Below, piece after piece: positions 1-9,544 of a DNA stretch of 52,569 bases. The translations under genes were made by a program, and so were the position numbers. A model generated the notes under the pieces. It was not told where the DNA came from and did no database searches. It was given only the letters and a program-made list of their open reading frames with translations. Numbering within the stretch: position 1 is the stretch's first letter; each line of letters begins with the position of its first letter. Origin of the DNA: a virus (taxonomy: Duplodnaviria; Caudoviricetes); IMG/VR virus record IMGVR_UViG_3300022918_000016, positions 1 through 52,569 of that record. One strand, written 5' to 3'.

Positions 1-130
1 TTACCTTCCGTGGCAGGCGAAGCCCCGAATATAATCTCACTATTAACCTTTGTAGCGCGTGATTTCGTCTTAGAACCGAACACTATACCATCTACCTTAA
101 CTGCGCCCTCTAAACGCATTAAAAACCCTG
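1..130. repeat. Terminal direct repeat, copy 1 (circular assembly overlap)
   Basis: 1-130 matches 52440-52569 with one mismatch (pos 127 c vs 52566 a). It lies inside a coding region, so an assembly overlap is more likely than a physical DTR. Confidence 0.95.
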
Positions 131-2711
131 CGTAGTTGTTTTCGTGTTGCGTGCCTGCGAATACTTTAGATATAAATTTTGACGTATCGCTGAATAATAT
201 ATAGTTACCATCTACTCGCATACCGGCGCGTAGCAGCGTTATTTGTGCGAGTGAAACGGTAATTAAATAATCTGCATTTTCTGATCCTGTAGCGACCGAT
301 ATTAATTCTCCAACTGTACGCTGCATTACCCCGGCCTCCGTCTCAACGCGAATATCTGCTTCCATCAACTTATTAATAACCTTAGTCTCATCTTTAGTAC
401 TATCCTGTAGTTTTTCTCCTGACCAATCTTTTTGCCTGATAAATTTACAGGCATCCTCATACGATATTAAATCGTCGTTTTTCAGGCTGTACGCACCGGC
501 TAATAAGATTCCGATTTGGTCGCCTGCACGCTGGCTGTCTAATTCTGCTGCTGCAGCCGTAGAAAACATTTTACTATTTTCTAATATTACGGGCAGCATT
601 TTTATAGAGCGCGATATAAACGCTTGTACATATTCAGGTGTAAATATTTCAGCATACATTTTAAGCGTTTCATTCCATTTTTCGCGCTTATTCTCTGATT
701 TATCTTCGAGCAGTTCCACTACAGTAATCCTGGATATATCTGAACGCTGCGTCAAATTAATTCCTACCGAAGAGAACGCGAACACCGAACGTAAATCGTA
801 CTGGCTGTAACCGCCGTTTGCCGTACCTTTTAAAATAAAACCGCCTTCTGATGTGGAGCTGGCGCGCATTAACTCAATTACAGACTGTCCGCGTTCCTGC
901 GCCTGCTTGCTTTCGCCTTCCATTTCATCAATGATAACGGGGCGCGCATCCATGCCTAAATAACCGCGAATACCTGCAGATGTGGTGTCTGCCTGCGCAT
1001 GCACTCCTATACCCTCTGTAAAACGTTTTACGAACATTTGCAGAACGTGTGATTTACCCGATCCTGATGCGCCAGTAAGCCATAAATGCGACCTCCAATG
1101 TAGCGCACCGCACAACGGAGCTGATACTATCCACCCTGCCAGTAATCGTGAATTTACATCGCGTGCCCAATTCAAACGCTCTAACGTATCAGTTAATAGA
1201 CCTGCACGTTCTTTCGTAAGCGGTTCGGTAACTGAGAATTCTAACGCCTCGCCTGCTTCATAAATATATTTCGATTTATATTTTCCTAACGATTGTATTT
1301 TTCCATCAACAATTAAATGGTCGCCGCAATGAATTACCGGCACGCCGTTATCAATCCATGCACCACGACCACGAATATTTTTAGGATTAAAAATTCCTAT
1401 TTTTTTGCATGCCCATATTAATTTATCGGCGATATCGGTAATATTAAGTTTTCCTTTGGATGGATATTCATGCTCCCAATGATTCAATGGCGCAAGCTGA
1501 AATAAATTATTTACCGATATGCTGCTCGATGATAGTTTAACGATAACGTTACTTTGGAAAACGTAAAAAACATAATGCGCTCCGGAGTTTATATTCTCAA
1601 ATCCCAGGCATTTAAAGTAGGTATTTTCCATAGTATATTTTTCGGTTTTTATGAAAGGTAAAGCAGGTGGTATCTGTTTTAGCTGTAGTGGCTCAGGAAT
1701 AACTGGCGGCTCAGGAACAGAAACGGAAGGTAAAGGTACTTCATTAGGTGGGTATTCCGATATAATAGGTATATCAGAAATATTATTTTCAAAATAAACC
1801 CGTGCTTCAGTCTGGTTCCATGTAGCATCAGCTATATCCCATTTATTAGGGAAATCACGCTGATTATTGATGCGTTTAAAATTCGCCTCCACGCGTTCCA
1901 CGATGCCTTTAACCCGTCTGTATTCTCCTGATTTTTCATTTTTACGCCAGCCCCCAAACATACATACCACACCAGGAACGTCGTTATCTGCCCAGCCGTA
2001 AACATTACGGCCTGCAAGCGGTGTAAAATCCGCCGCACCTATCCCATCTGCGCCACCTATCCATGTAGTGCATACAAATTCAGGAAACAATATAGCGGCT
2101 GCATCGGCAGCTTTCTCGCCCTCAACCAGTAATATATCCCTGTCAGGGTATTTATGGATTAGGTGTAGGTTGTATAGCGGACGCGGCGTATTAAACCCTA
2201 ACGTAGTCCAGCCTGTGTTTTTATGCACGTAAGGGGTTATCGTTTTTGGCGTGGTGCAATCGAAGCGCAAAATATAACCGATAACCTCGCTGGCTGCATT
2301 ATGGTAAATCCAGTACCTATCAGGTTTGCCTAATAGTTTATTATGTACTGTAAAATCAATCACAGGAACGTTAGGTAAGAAATTTTGATCCGGTACAACG
2401 TCGAATAACTCCTGTTTAACTGGCGCAGGTGGTATGTATTTTGGCGCGGTGGTTAATCCGCCTGTAATGATGTTCATGGCTTCTTTCGGGGTAACTGAAT
2501 TGTACCTAACAAAAAAACCCACTACGTCGCCTTTAGCACCGCACGCAAAGCAGTTATAGCATTGGCGTTTAGAATTAACGATCAACGAAGCTCTATCATC
2601 GGTATGAAACGGGCATACGCCTGCCATGTTCTGCCCTTCTTTTTTAAGGGGAATGTGTTTACCTATAACCTCGGCTATATCGTAAGATTGTTTTATTTCA
2701 GCTATAGTCAT
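1..2711 (-). CDS. DNA primase-helicase (CHC2 zinc finger + TOPRIM + P-loop NTPase), continues across the join to the stop at 52385, ~921 aa
   Basis: Manual translation from ATG 2711 gives CPFH...CFACG (CHC2), ILLVEGEKAADA and WADND (TOPRIM), WLTGASGSGKS (Walker A) and VIIDEME (Walker B). The spot-checked motifs are in the same frame as the C-terminal ORF 52385-52567. Confidence 0.9.
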   Translation of the reverse strand, partial: MTIAEIKQSYDIAEVIGKHIPLKKEGQNMAGVCPFHTDDRASLIVNSKRQCYNCFACGAKGDVVGFFVRYNSVTPKEAMNIITGGLTTAPKYIPPAPVKQELFDVVPDQNFLPNVPVIDFTVHNKLLGKPDRYWIYHNAASEVIGYILRFDCTTPKTITPYVHKNTGWTTLGFNTPRPLYNLHLIHKYPDRDILLVEGEKAADAAAILFPEFVCTTWIGGADGIGAADFTPLAGRNVYGWADNDVPGVVCMFGGWRKNEKSGEYRRVKGIVERVEANFKRINNQRDFPNKWDIADATWNQTEARVYFENNISDIPIISEYPPNEVPLPSVSVPEPPVIPEPLQLKQIPPALPFIKTEKYTMENTYFKCLGFENINSGAHYVFYVFQSNVIVKLSSSSISVNNLFQLAPLNHWEHEYPSKGKLNITDIADKLIWACKKIGIFNPKNIRGRGAWIDNGVPVIHCGDHLIVDGKIQSLGKYKSKYIYEAGEALEFSVTEPLTKERAGLLTDTLERLNWARDVNSRLLAGWIVSAPLCGALHWRSHLWLTGASGSGKSHVLQMFVKRFTEGIGVHAQADTTSAGIRGYLGMDARPVIIDEMEGESKQAQERGQSVIELMRASSTSEGGFILKGTANGGYSQYDLRSVFAFSSVGINLTQRSDISRITVVELLEDKSENKREKWNETLKMYAEIFTPEYVQAFISRSIKMLPVILENSKMFSTAAAAELDSQRAGDQIGILLAGAYSLKNDDLISYEDACKFIRQKDWSGEKLQDSTKDETKVINKLMEADIRVETEAGVMQRTVGELISVATGSENADYLITVSLAQITLLRAGMRVDGNYILFSDTSKFISKVFAGTQHENNYAGFLMRLEGAVKVDGIVFGSKTKSRATKVNSEIIFGASPATEG

Positions 2712-3121
2712 AACCCTACTCCTTTCAAAGCCTCATCAGAATTACGGGCAATGAAACCCCTGCCTCCTGATTCGTTCAATACGTTAATAAATGCAATCTG
2801 TTCTTTTGTGGCTCGTCCTGATGCGTTTTTAACCTCACAGCCTACGAACACGGCTATTTTAGTGCCTACCATTTCAGTAGTTACCGTAATGGTTTTCCAG
2901 CCTATTAAATCGCTGCTCCCTACACATAACCCGGCATGTAAAATGCGGGCGTTTTGAATTAAAACATCGCCTGCCTGTACATTAACCGTTTGGCGCGTAG
3001 TGAATTTTTTTGAAGCTCCGATCCACGCTACGCCCTGGTTGTTTCTGAATATTTTAACTCCGGCTTTAGATAACGCTAACTGGATTAGGCGCATTATATT
3101 GGATTCTGTTTTATGTTCCAT
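2708..3121 (-). CDS. VRR-NUC domain nuclease (Holliday junction resolvase-like)
   Basis: TES..I, FRNN, GSSDLIG, EVK..GR.TKEQ..F motifs. Confidence 0.85.
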   Translation of the reverse strand: MEHKTESNIMRLIQLALSKAGVKIFRNNQGVAWIGASKKFTTRQTVNVQAGDVLIQNARILHAGLCVGSSDLIGWKTITVTTEMVGTKIAVFVGCEVKNASGRATKEQIAFINVLNESGGRGFIARNSDEALKGVGL

Positions 3122-3635
3122 AGATAAGGTTTTTGGCGGTTTGGGTTAATATTAATTCGTATCTATAGGAAATATCTTCAACTGTTTTGAAATTCCAGAT
3201 AAAGTAATCTGGTTGCGCTTTGTATATGCAAATCTGTTGGGTATTATTCGGTTTTATAATTTGAAATGATCCGCCCGGGTTAAATATATACTCCAGAACA
3301 AAGCCTTCAAACAAAACATTTTCTTTAGCTTTATTATAGATATGTAAATCATCAAAATAAACTTTGCATTCTCCTGATTCATTGAATGGTTTTGATGCGT
3401 AGTCAGATTTTAAGGGTTCTTCCGTGACTTCGCCATCTGAATTTACAGGCACAAACATTCCAAGCGTGAGCGGCTGTTTTAGAAATTCTGCGTATTTCAA
3501 TATCGCTTCATATTTACTATCTATATCCCAGTATTTTAAACTATCTATTTCGGCTACAAAATCCACCATCGGTATTAATTTTTCTATATCTGTCATAATC
3601 TTAAATTTTAAATATTCCCCTCTTATATAACTCAT
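3111..3635 (-). CDS. Hypothetical phage protein (true start probably MTDIEK)
   Basis: Long ORF packed in the operon. Confidence 0.7.
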   Translation of the reverse strand: MSYIRGEYLKFKIMTDIEKLIPMVDFVAEIDSLKYWDIDSKYEAILKYAEFLKQPLTLGMFVPVNSDGEVTEEPLKSDYASKPFNESGECKVYFDDLHIYNKAKENVLFEGFVLEYIFNPGGSFQIIKPNNTQQICIYKAQPDYFIWNFKTVEDISYRYELILTQTAKNLIYGT

Positions 3636-4155
3636 AAACTATCTCTGCTTCAAAATACGCATCATCAGCGCCTCTGTGTTTTTCGATATAACCTACGTCG
3701 CCGAATAAAAATTTATGACACTCCTCGACGTTCGGCCATTTCCAACCGTAACCGGCTTTCTTGGGTATTTTACATATTTCAGTACTTAATTTCATAGGGC
3801 AGGCTAATTTCTTAGGAAAAATAAAACCCCTGGATTCTAAAAAATTAAAATCAAACGCATTATTGAATGCCGTTGCGCCTAATTGATAACTATTAACTAT
3901 ATCCTGAATTTCTGCCTGTACATGAATTAACTGAGGACTACGCTGTATTTCCGCTACCGTTAAATCTGAATTATTTACTATCCATGATTTTTCAACGTGT
4001 TCGCGAGTTATGGGGCGTTCATGGCAAACCTTATCGAAAATTATTTTACGTTCTCCTGTATTCAGGTTAAGGTCTACCATACCTACTTCAACTATTTTAC
4101 CGTTACGGGCTTGGAAGTCGGTTGTCTCTATGTCGATTATTAGGATGTTACTCAT
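3601..4155 (-). CDS. DEDDh 3'-5' exonuclease (DnaQ-like)
   Basis: IDIETT, AFNNAFD, HRGADD motifs. Confidence 0.9.
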   Translation of the reverse strand: MSNILIIDIETTDFQARNGKIVEVGMVDLNLNTGERKIIFDKVCHERPITREHVEKSWIVNNSDLTVAEIQRSPQLIHVQAEIQDIVNSYQLGATAFNNAFDFNFLESRGFIFPKKLACPMKLSTEICKIPKKAGYGWKWPNVEECHKFLFGDVGYIEKHRGADDAYFEAEIVYELYKRGIFKI

Positions 4156-4774
4156 GTCGTACCGATTTTAATATTTCAACGCATAATTCTGCCGGTATTT
4201 TACTTCTGTTGTAAGCACCTTTCTTGCCCTGAGTGCCAGTTTTACTTCCTCTTGGCGCGCTTTCGTGATGGCAATTTTTATTTCCATTATGGCACATAGG
4301 GCGAGGAATCCACGTATCTGAATTAGTCCATATATCAGTTGGTTTAGCTCTTGTATCCCCATAAGCGCAGTACCATACTGTATGCCTTTTAAAATCCTGC
4401 ATGAACGGCATTTTACGCATCATTCCGCGAGGGTTCTCTATAAAGAACACCATTTTAGGATTAAGCTTCAAAAAGTCATTAATCAGTTCTATGAAGTTAA
4501 TATTTACAGCATCGCATTTCTTTGCATAATCGCTTTTAGGTTCTGTTCCGTTTCGGTGGTGGCTAATTGCTGCTATTGTATATGTAGTGCAATCAGGAGA
4601 AGCCCACACTACGTCCGGGATAAAAGGAACATCAAACATGTTCATTTCTTCTATATCTATAGCTAAATTTATATTTTCGTAAGGATGCCAATCCACAGAG
4701 AAAACATCAAAACCTAATTTATCAGCTTCGTTCCCAACTGACCTGCTGCCTGCGAATAACTCTAATAGTTTCAT
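4148..4774 (-). CDS. DNA cytosine-C5 methyltransferase (short phage type)
   Basis: LELFAGS (motif I), WASPDC (motif IV variant), IENP (motif VI). Confidence 0.8.
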   Translation of the reverse strand: MKLLELFAGSRSVGNEADKLGFDVFSVDWHPYENINLAIDIEEMNMFDVPFIPDVVWASPDCTTYTIAAISHHRNGTEPKSDYAKKCDAVNINFIELINDFLKLNPKMVFFIENPRGMMRKMPFMQDFKRHTVWYCAYGDTRAKPTDIWTNSDTWIPRPMCHNGNKNCHHESAPRGSKTGTQGKKGAYNRSKIPAELCVEILKSVRHE

Positions 4775-4776
4775 AA

Positions 4777-4959
4777 TTACTTATCTCTTAAATTTTTATT
4801 TATAATCCTCAGCATTTCAGTATCGTGATCGTGCTGCCTGCATCGTAATCGGTATTTTTTAGCAGCGTAAAATAATATTACAATAATAATCAGCCATAAT
4901 ATCACACCGCTGAATATCAGTAAACGCCAGTACCATTGTAGGTCGTTTAGGTTTGTCAT
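4777..4959 (-). CDS. Small membrane protein
   Basis: Single hydrophobic helix followed by a basic tail. Confidence 0.7.
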   Translation of the reverse strand: MTNLNDLQWYWRLLIFSGVILWLIIIVILFYAAKKYRLRCRQHDHDTEMLRIINKNLRDK

Positions 4960-4965
4960 AATTTA

Positions 4966-5136
4966 TTATTTTAAAATAACCTCTTTATCATTGTCTAAAA
5001 TTAACTCCTTGCATTTTCCGTAAACGATATAGACTTTACCGGGTATTAAATTAAGGTCTATCTGTTTTATAAATCTAAATTTAGAGCTGCCTTTGACTCT
5101 GAATTCATTTCCTTGTTCTAATTCTTTCGCTGTCAT
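4966..5136 (-). CDS. Small hypothetical protein (56 aa, MTAKELEQ...)
   Basis: Manual translation; fills the gap; typical AAATT-ATG start. Confidence 0.65.
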   Translation of the reverse strand: MTAKELEQGNEFRVKGSSKFRFIKQIDLNLIPGKVYIVYGKCKELILDNDKEVILK

Positions 5137-5139
5137 AAT

Positions 5140-5574
5140 TTAAAATAATATTTCGCCCTCATTAGGCTCTGTTAATAATTTATCTATCTCGTGGTATTTT
5201 TCAATATTTTCAGTCATGCTTAATAACTGAATATTCCAAATGTGATAGCCGTATTTATTATTTATCCGGTCAACGGTGTATCGGTAGCCGCGCATCCCCT
5301 TATTAATAATATATCCTGTCTGCTCACAAAACAATCGGAACTCAATTAAAGTAATTGTAAATTCCTTTTTACGGGTTAATGCCTTCTGTCTGAAATTAGC
5401 ATATCGGTTATACACCGGGTCTATAATTCGCCTGTACCTATGGTAGTGTTTATGGCATAATCCGCGCTTCTTAGCACACGGTTTATTACGGCATGAAATA
5501 GCACAGCAATATACGCCGTCTTTCTTTTTGTTTTGTGAAATTTGGAATAATATTTTTTTAGGTACGAAAACCAT
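5140..5574 (-). CDS. HNH-like endonuclease with N-terminal Cys/His cluster
   Basis: TVDRINNKYGY..WNIQL....N beta-beta-alpha-metal pattern; CC...C...C....LCHKH. Confidence 0.65.
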   Translation of the reverse strand: MVFVPKKILFQISQNKKKDGVYCCAISCRNKPCAKKRGLCHKHYHRYRRIIDPVYNRYANFRQKALTRKKEFTITLIEFRLFCEQTGYIINKGMRGYRYTVDRINNKYGYHIWNIQLLSMTENIEKYHEIDKLLTEPNEGEILF

Positions 5575-5734
5575 GTTTCAGCGTTTTAATATACCTGTCC
5601 AAACATTTTTCAACCTGTAGCGATGTTACGCCTGTAGCCTCAGCTACCTGAGCTGATTTATTTTCGATATGTGTGCGCCAGTAATTTATAATTTCCTGTT
5701 CTTTTTCTTCGGATAATCTTGTTGGGTAAGCCAT
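5558..5734 (-). CDS. Small helix-turn-helix protein (58 aa)
   Basis: Manual translation MAYPTRLSEEKEQEII...SAQVAEATGVTSLQVEKCL. Confidence 0.65.
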   Translation of the reverse strand: MAYPTRLSEEKEQEIINYWRTHIENKSAQVAEATGVTSLQVEKCLDRYIKTLKHGFRT

Positions 5735-5737
5735 AAT

Positions 5738-7321
5738 TTAAAATTCTAAATCGTTACTGAATTCGTGTTCCATGTCCTGATTTACTGGTTCATGCTCAGG
5801 TTCTGCAACCACATCAATAATTACAGGCATCGGTGGCATTAGTTTTTCTCGCTTCTTAGCTTTAAGCATGTACTGAATGGTTGCCCATTTTGGATCGTAA
5901 CCGCGTTCTTTCGATATTTTTACCAATTCCTCTAACGTACTGGCGCGCCCAACCTCCTGCCGCTTCTGCTTCTTTAATATATCAACCTCGGTAATCTCCT
6001 GCAACTTTCCTTCTACCTGCTTAGGCGTGGTATCGCGTATCGGATATATATGTCCACATTCCGGACAAACGGGCGCAGGCTCGTGTACCGCAAAGCAACT
6101 CAAACATTGCGTAACTCTTACCGCGGTTTCCTGTTTTTTAGCACTGCGTTTTTTGCGTTCGCCTTCTAGTGTCCATTCTTGAATATCGGTCGGTAATCCA
6201 TGACGCTGAGTGTTGTTTACGTGATCTAAAATTATAGCGTAAGGTTTCTCGGATGCAGCGATTGCAGCTAAACGCCCTGCTTGCGTTTTTAAATCGTAAC
6301 CATCAGCATATACAGGTCTTAAAACCCTACCGCGCTGCTGCATATTAAGCGTTTTACTTTGTGTTGGGCGCAACTCTATAGCACAGGTCGCTCTTGGTAT
6401 ATCTGTTCCTTCTGATATTAACTCACACGATGTTAAACCCTGAACTTCGCCTGTAGCTAAACCATTGATGAGCCATTCGCGTTTATCATCATCAGTATTA
6501 CCGTCGATAGAATAGAACTTATGACCAGAGTCTCTAAATTCCTGCGCTACATGTTCTGCGTGCGCAACGGTAACACAAAATACAATTGTAGGCACTCCGT
6601 TACATAATTCCTCATAATGCTGCACCGCACTACCGGTAATTTTAGGTTTATCGACTAAATCCGAAAGTTGCTGTTTATTGTAATCCGAACCTGACTTATC
6701 AACGCCGGACAAATCTAAATATTCAGGAGTTCCGTAAACTTTTGGATATACCAAATATCCCTGCTCCATTAGCCACTTAGCTTGTGGCCCCATTATTAGT
6801 TTACTAAAATGCCCACCGTAATCAATACCCAACCCCTGACCGTCCGAACGGGTTGGTGTGGCAGTTACGCCTATAATCCGTAATTTTGAATTTTGTTCTT
6901 TAAAGAAATCAATTATTTTAGTATACGATTTAGCATTACTGTGATGGCATTCGTCAATTATTATAAAATCAGGTATCCAGTTTATTGAAGCGAAATAATT
7001 TAATCTTCCAACTATTGTACCAACGCTTGCGACCTGGATGTTGGTTTGAAAATTTGGCGTATACAATGAATTAACCATACCATGCTCCACTTCGAATTTA
7101 AGCAGGGCTTTTGAGGTTTGGCGTAGTAATTCTATACGGTGGACTAAAATAATACCTTTAGAGCCTTTTAAATTAGCCTTAAGAGAAATATATGTAAATA
7201 GCACAGTTTTGCCAGAACCTGTTGGGCTTACGTATAAAACTTCGTTGCATGATTCCTTAAAAGCCTGCGTAATATCTGTTAAACCATCTTCTTGATAGTC
7301 TCGCGGGGTTAAGGCTATCAT
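5738..7321 (-). CDS. SF2 DExH helicase with C-terminal zinc finger (RadD/YejH-like)
   Basis: PTGSGKT, IIIDECHH, TATP, EGTDIP, QQRGRVLR; CLSC...CPECG. Confidence 0.92.
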   Translation of the reverse strand: MIALTPRDYQEDGLTDITQAFKESCNEVLYVSPTGSGKTVLFTYISLKANLKGSKGIILVHRIELLRQTSKALLKFEVEHGMVNSLYTPNFQTNIQVASVGTIVGRLNYFASINWIPDFIIIDECHHSNAKSYTKIIDFFKEQNSKLRIIGVTATPTRSDGQGLGIDYGGHFSKLIMGPQAKWLMEQGYLVYPKVYGTPEYLDLSGVDKSGSDYNKQQLSDLVDKPKITGSAVQHYEELCNGVPTIVFCVTVAHAEHVAQEFRDSGHKFYSIDGNTDDDKREWLINGLATGEVQGLTSCELISEGTDIPRATCAIELRPTQSKTLNMQQRGRVLRPVYADGYDLKTQAGRLAAIAASEKPYAIILDHVNNTQRHGLPTDIQEWTLEGERKKRSAKKQETAVRVTQCLSCFAVHEPAPVCPECGHIYPIRDTTPKQVEGKLQEITEVDILKKQKRQEVGRASTLEELVKISKERGYDPKWATIQYMLKAKKREKLMPPMPVIIDVVAEPEHEPVNQDMEHEFSNDLEF

Positions 7322-7325
7322 AATA

Positions 7326-7763
7326 TTAAAAATTAATAGTTAGTTCTTTACCTGTGAGTGCGTGATATATATTTTGTAGCCTATGAACGAATAAAAATTT
7401 ATCATAATCATAGTTATGTAAACATATTAAGTCATTAATAGTTTTACCGTCATCAACTAATTCTTGTATAAAAAGCATTTCATTTGGATTCCCAACGCAT
7501 CCTATTGATAATTGACGATTCCTTCCAACATCTTTAATTAAACTGTTACTTATAGTAAAATGAGGTATTTTTTCAAACCCAGCCTTCAATAAAATATCTT
7601 CGGTTATTGGTATTCCTGTAAATTGAAATAAATCAATCCATTCCGTTTCTTCAGTTTTAGGTATATACACTACTACACCTTGTTCGTCAATTTCTTTTAC
7701 ATGACTTACTAATCCATCGAAATCTATACAATTCCCTCTACGCAATTCATTCGCCTGTATCAT
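7326..7763 (-). CDS. Hypothetical phage protein
   Basis: ELRRGN...PITEDILLKAGF...VHRLQNIYHALTG pattern recalled from Bacteroidota phage proteins. Confidence 0.75.
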   Translation of the reverse strand: MIQANELRRGNCIDFDGLVSHVKEIDEQGVVVYIPKTEETEWIDLFQFTGIPITEDILLKAGFEKIPHFTISNSLIKDVGRNRQLSIGCVGNPNEMLFIQELVDDGKTINDLICLHNYDYDKFLFVHRLQNIYHALTGKELTINF

Positions 7764-7960
7764 AAACTTTCAGATTTACTGGCAGCCAATGCCGTGATGG
7801 TTTCTTTAATTTTGTCGTAGGTCTGGAATGCTTTTGGATCTTCCTCCCAGTTCTGCATCGTCGCATAAGGTATTTTAGCCTCTCGCAATACTTCTGCGGG
7901 TTTTAGTCCGTTTTCGTCGCACAAACGAACTATCTCTTGTTTTCGTGTTTCTTTTTGCAT
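7760..7960 (-). CDS. Cro/XRE-like HTH regulator
   Basis: LKPAEVLREAKIPYATMQNW helix-turn-helix pattern. Confidence 0.7.
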   Translation of the reverse strand: MQKETRKQEIVRLCDENGLKPAEVLREAKIPYATMQNWEEDPKAFQTYDKIKETITALAASKSESL

Positions 7961-7969
7961 GGTTTATAT

Positions 7970-8215
7970 TTAAAAAGGTAAATGTGTAATTTTGTCTTTC
8001 GTAATCTCTTGTAACGAATTATATAAATCCTCTTTTGTGTTAAAAACACCTGTATCATTTATAGTTGCTACAGACCCTCCGTTAACAACGAATTCATAAG
8101 TGGTTCTTGAATAAGTTTCTGTTTGCTCAAATTTTACTTTATTTATAGGCAGGAAATAAAGTTCATTATTGTGCAGAAAAAACACAGTGTCTTTTGGTTT
8201 TCTTAAATTTTGCAT
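7970..8215 (-). CDS. Hypothetical protein, first gene of the leftward operon
   Basis: ORF directly downstream of a leftward promoter. Confidence 0.7.
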   Translation of the reverse strand: MQNLRKPKDTVFFLHNNELYFLPINKVKFEQTETYSRTTYEFVVNGGSVATINDTGVFNTKEDLYNSLQEITKDKITHLPF

Positions 8216-8238
8216 TTTTATAAATTATTTTGATACCG

Positions 8239-8302
8239 CAAATATAATACATTAATTTTAATGAAAAATATTTTTTTATTCAAAATGTTAGTTGTAGGTT
8301 TG
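8239..8302. promoter_or_regulatory. Divergent Bacteroidota-type promoters with a central palindrome
   Basis: TAtaTTTG on - (8246-8239), TAggTTTG on + (8295-8302), CATTAA-tt-TTAATG at 8250-8263. Confidence 0.75.
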
Positions 8303-8322
8303 CTGAACTAAAAATAGAAATT

Positions 8323-8538
8323 ATGACACCAACCGAAAAATTAATAATACTTAAAGAGTATGAGAACTTAGGCTTAGATACTGAGTTTGTAGAATCTATA
8401 ATGGATGACAGGGGTTTTATACCTGAACACGAATGGGAAGAATTTAATCCTTATTTGCATGAGTGGGATATGGAATGTTCTTTCGGTGTTACTAAATTCA
8501 GGCCAGTAAACATTTATCCGAAACTTAAATCTTTGTAA
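8323..8538 (+). CDS. Small acidic early protein
   Basis: First ORF after the rightward promoter; rich in Glu/Asp. Confidence 0.75.
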   Translation: MTPTEKLIILKEYENLGLDTEFVESIMDDRGFIPEHEWEEFNPYLHEWDMECSFGVTKFRPVNIYPKLKSL

Positions 8539-8541
8539 CCG

Positions 8542-8733
8542 ATGACACCAACTGAAAAAACCCAACTCCGCCACGCCATCGTAAAATCTCCCGGATTAAT
8601 CGATATGCTCAAAACAGCTATTAAAAACGATAATCAGTTAAATAAAACGAATGCTATCTGTGTTTTAGCTGTTCGCTCAGGTCTAAGTAAAGAGTTTGTA
8701 AGTGAAAATATTAATGAAATAATAGAGCTATGA
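8542..8733 (+). CDS. Hypothetical protein
   Basis: Tightly packed ORF; starts MTPTEK like the preceding gene. Confidence 0.7.
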   Translation: MTPTEKTQLRHAIVKSPGLIDMLKTAIKNDNQLNKTNAICVLAVRSGLSKEFVSENINEIIEL

Positions 8734-9029
8734 GTAATTTTAAAGTAGGGCAGAAAGTTGTTTGTGTTGAAAGACCGCCAAGAGATAATTTTGATGAATT
8801 CTATGGTCTTGTAGATCCTCTTTTGAATGATATTTATACAATCAGAGAATTAGATGGTATTTACATTAGATTAGAAGAAATAAAAAATCCTTTATTGCAA
8901 TATAGTGATGGTGTCAACGAATGTGCTTTTAAAGCGTCATATTTCCGCCCCTTAGACCATGCTTTCGCCGATGAAGTAGAGGCTATGATTAAAGAGCAGA
9001 TTAAACAGGATGAATTAATAAATATATAA
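8730..9029 (+). CDS. Hypothetical protein (FKVGQKVVC, SH3/KOW-like start)
   Basis: ATGA-coupled ORF. Confidence 0.75.
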   Translation: MSNFKVGQKVVCVERPPRDNFDEFYGLVDPLLNDIYTIRELDGIYIRLEEIKNPLLQYSDGVNECAFKASYFRPLDHAFADEVEAMIKEQIKQDELINI

Positions 9030-9031
9030 TT

Positions 9032-9544
9032 ATGACAAACCTAATAAAAGAATGGGCAATATCCTGCCACGAAGATACCAATCACAAGTATGATGGTAAA
9101 CCTTACGAATTGCATTTAAATTTAGTTGTTAGTGTTGCAAGAGAGTTTTTATACCTTGTACCTTTATCGGATGCAGACGCTGTTATACAGGCGTGCTGGT
9201 GTCACGATGTAATTGAGGATTGCCGAAAAACCTACAACGATGTTAAGGAAGCGGCAGGCGTTCAGGTAGCAGAAATAGTTTATGCGCTAACTAACGAAAA
9301 GGGCAAGAACAGAAAAGAGCGCGCTAATGATAAATATTACAAAGGCATAAGAGATACTCAATATGCTGCTTTTGTAAAAATATGCGATCGTATTGCTAAT
9401 ATTCAATATTCCGTGGCTACGAATAGCAGAATGCTTGATGTTTACAGAAAGGAATCAAGTAATTTTGAGCAGGAGTTATTTTCGCCCGTATATCAGGTTA
9501 TGTTTAATAGGATAGACTTTTTTCTGAAACATTATGCAATCTAA
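9032..9544 (+). CDS. HD-domain phosphohydrolase, RelA/SpoT (Mesh1/SAH)-like
   Basis: H....Y.GKPYELH, HDVIED, ALT, VKICDRIAN motifs. Confidence 0.85.
   Translation: MTNLIKEWAISCHEDTNHKYDGKPYELHLNLVVSVAREFLYLVPLSDADAVIQACWCHDVIEDCRKTYNDVKEAAGVQVAEIVYALTNEKGKNRKERANDKYYKGIRDTQYAAFVKICDRIANIQYSVATNSRMLDVYRKESSNFEQELFSPVYQVMFNRIDFFLKHYAI

Noticed and set aside
1-2700. Apparent gene desert or stop-codon recoding
   Set aside because: Explained by the primase-helicase frame running off the window edge; TAA, TAG and TGA all act as normal stops elsewhere.
982-2957. Track ORFs 982-1263, 1832-2038 and 2562-2957
   Set aside because: Shadow frames of the primase-helicase and VRR-NUC genes.
7760-8322. 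Lysogeny module
   Set aside because: Only a Cro-like HTH is present; no integrase, att site or peptidase-bearing CI recognised.
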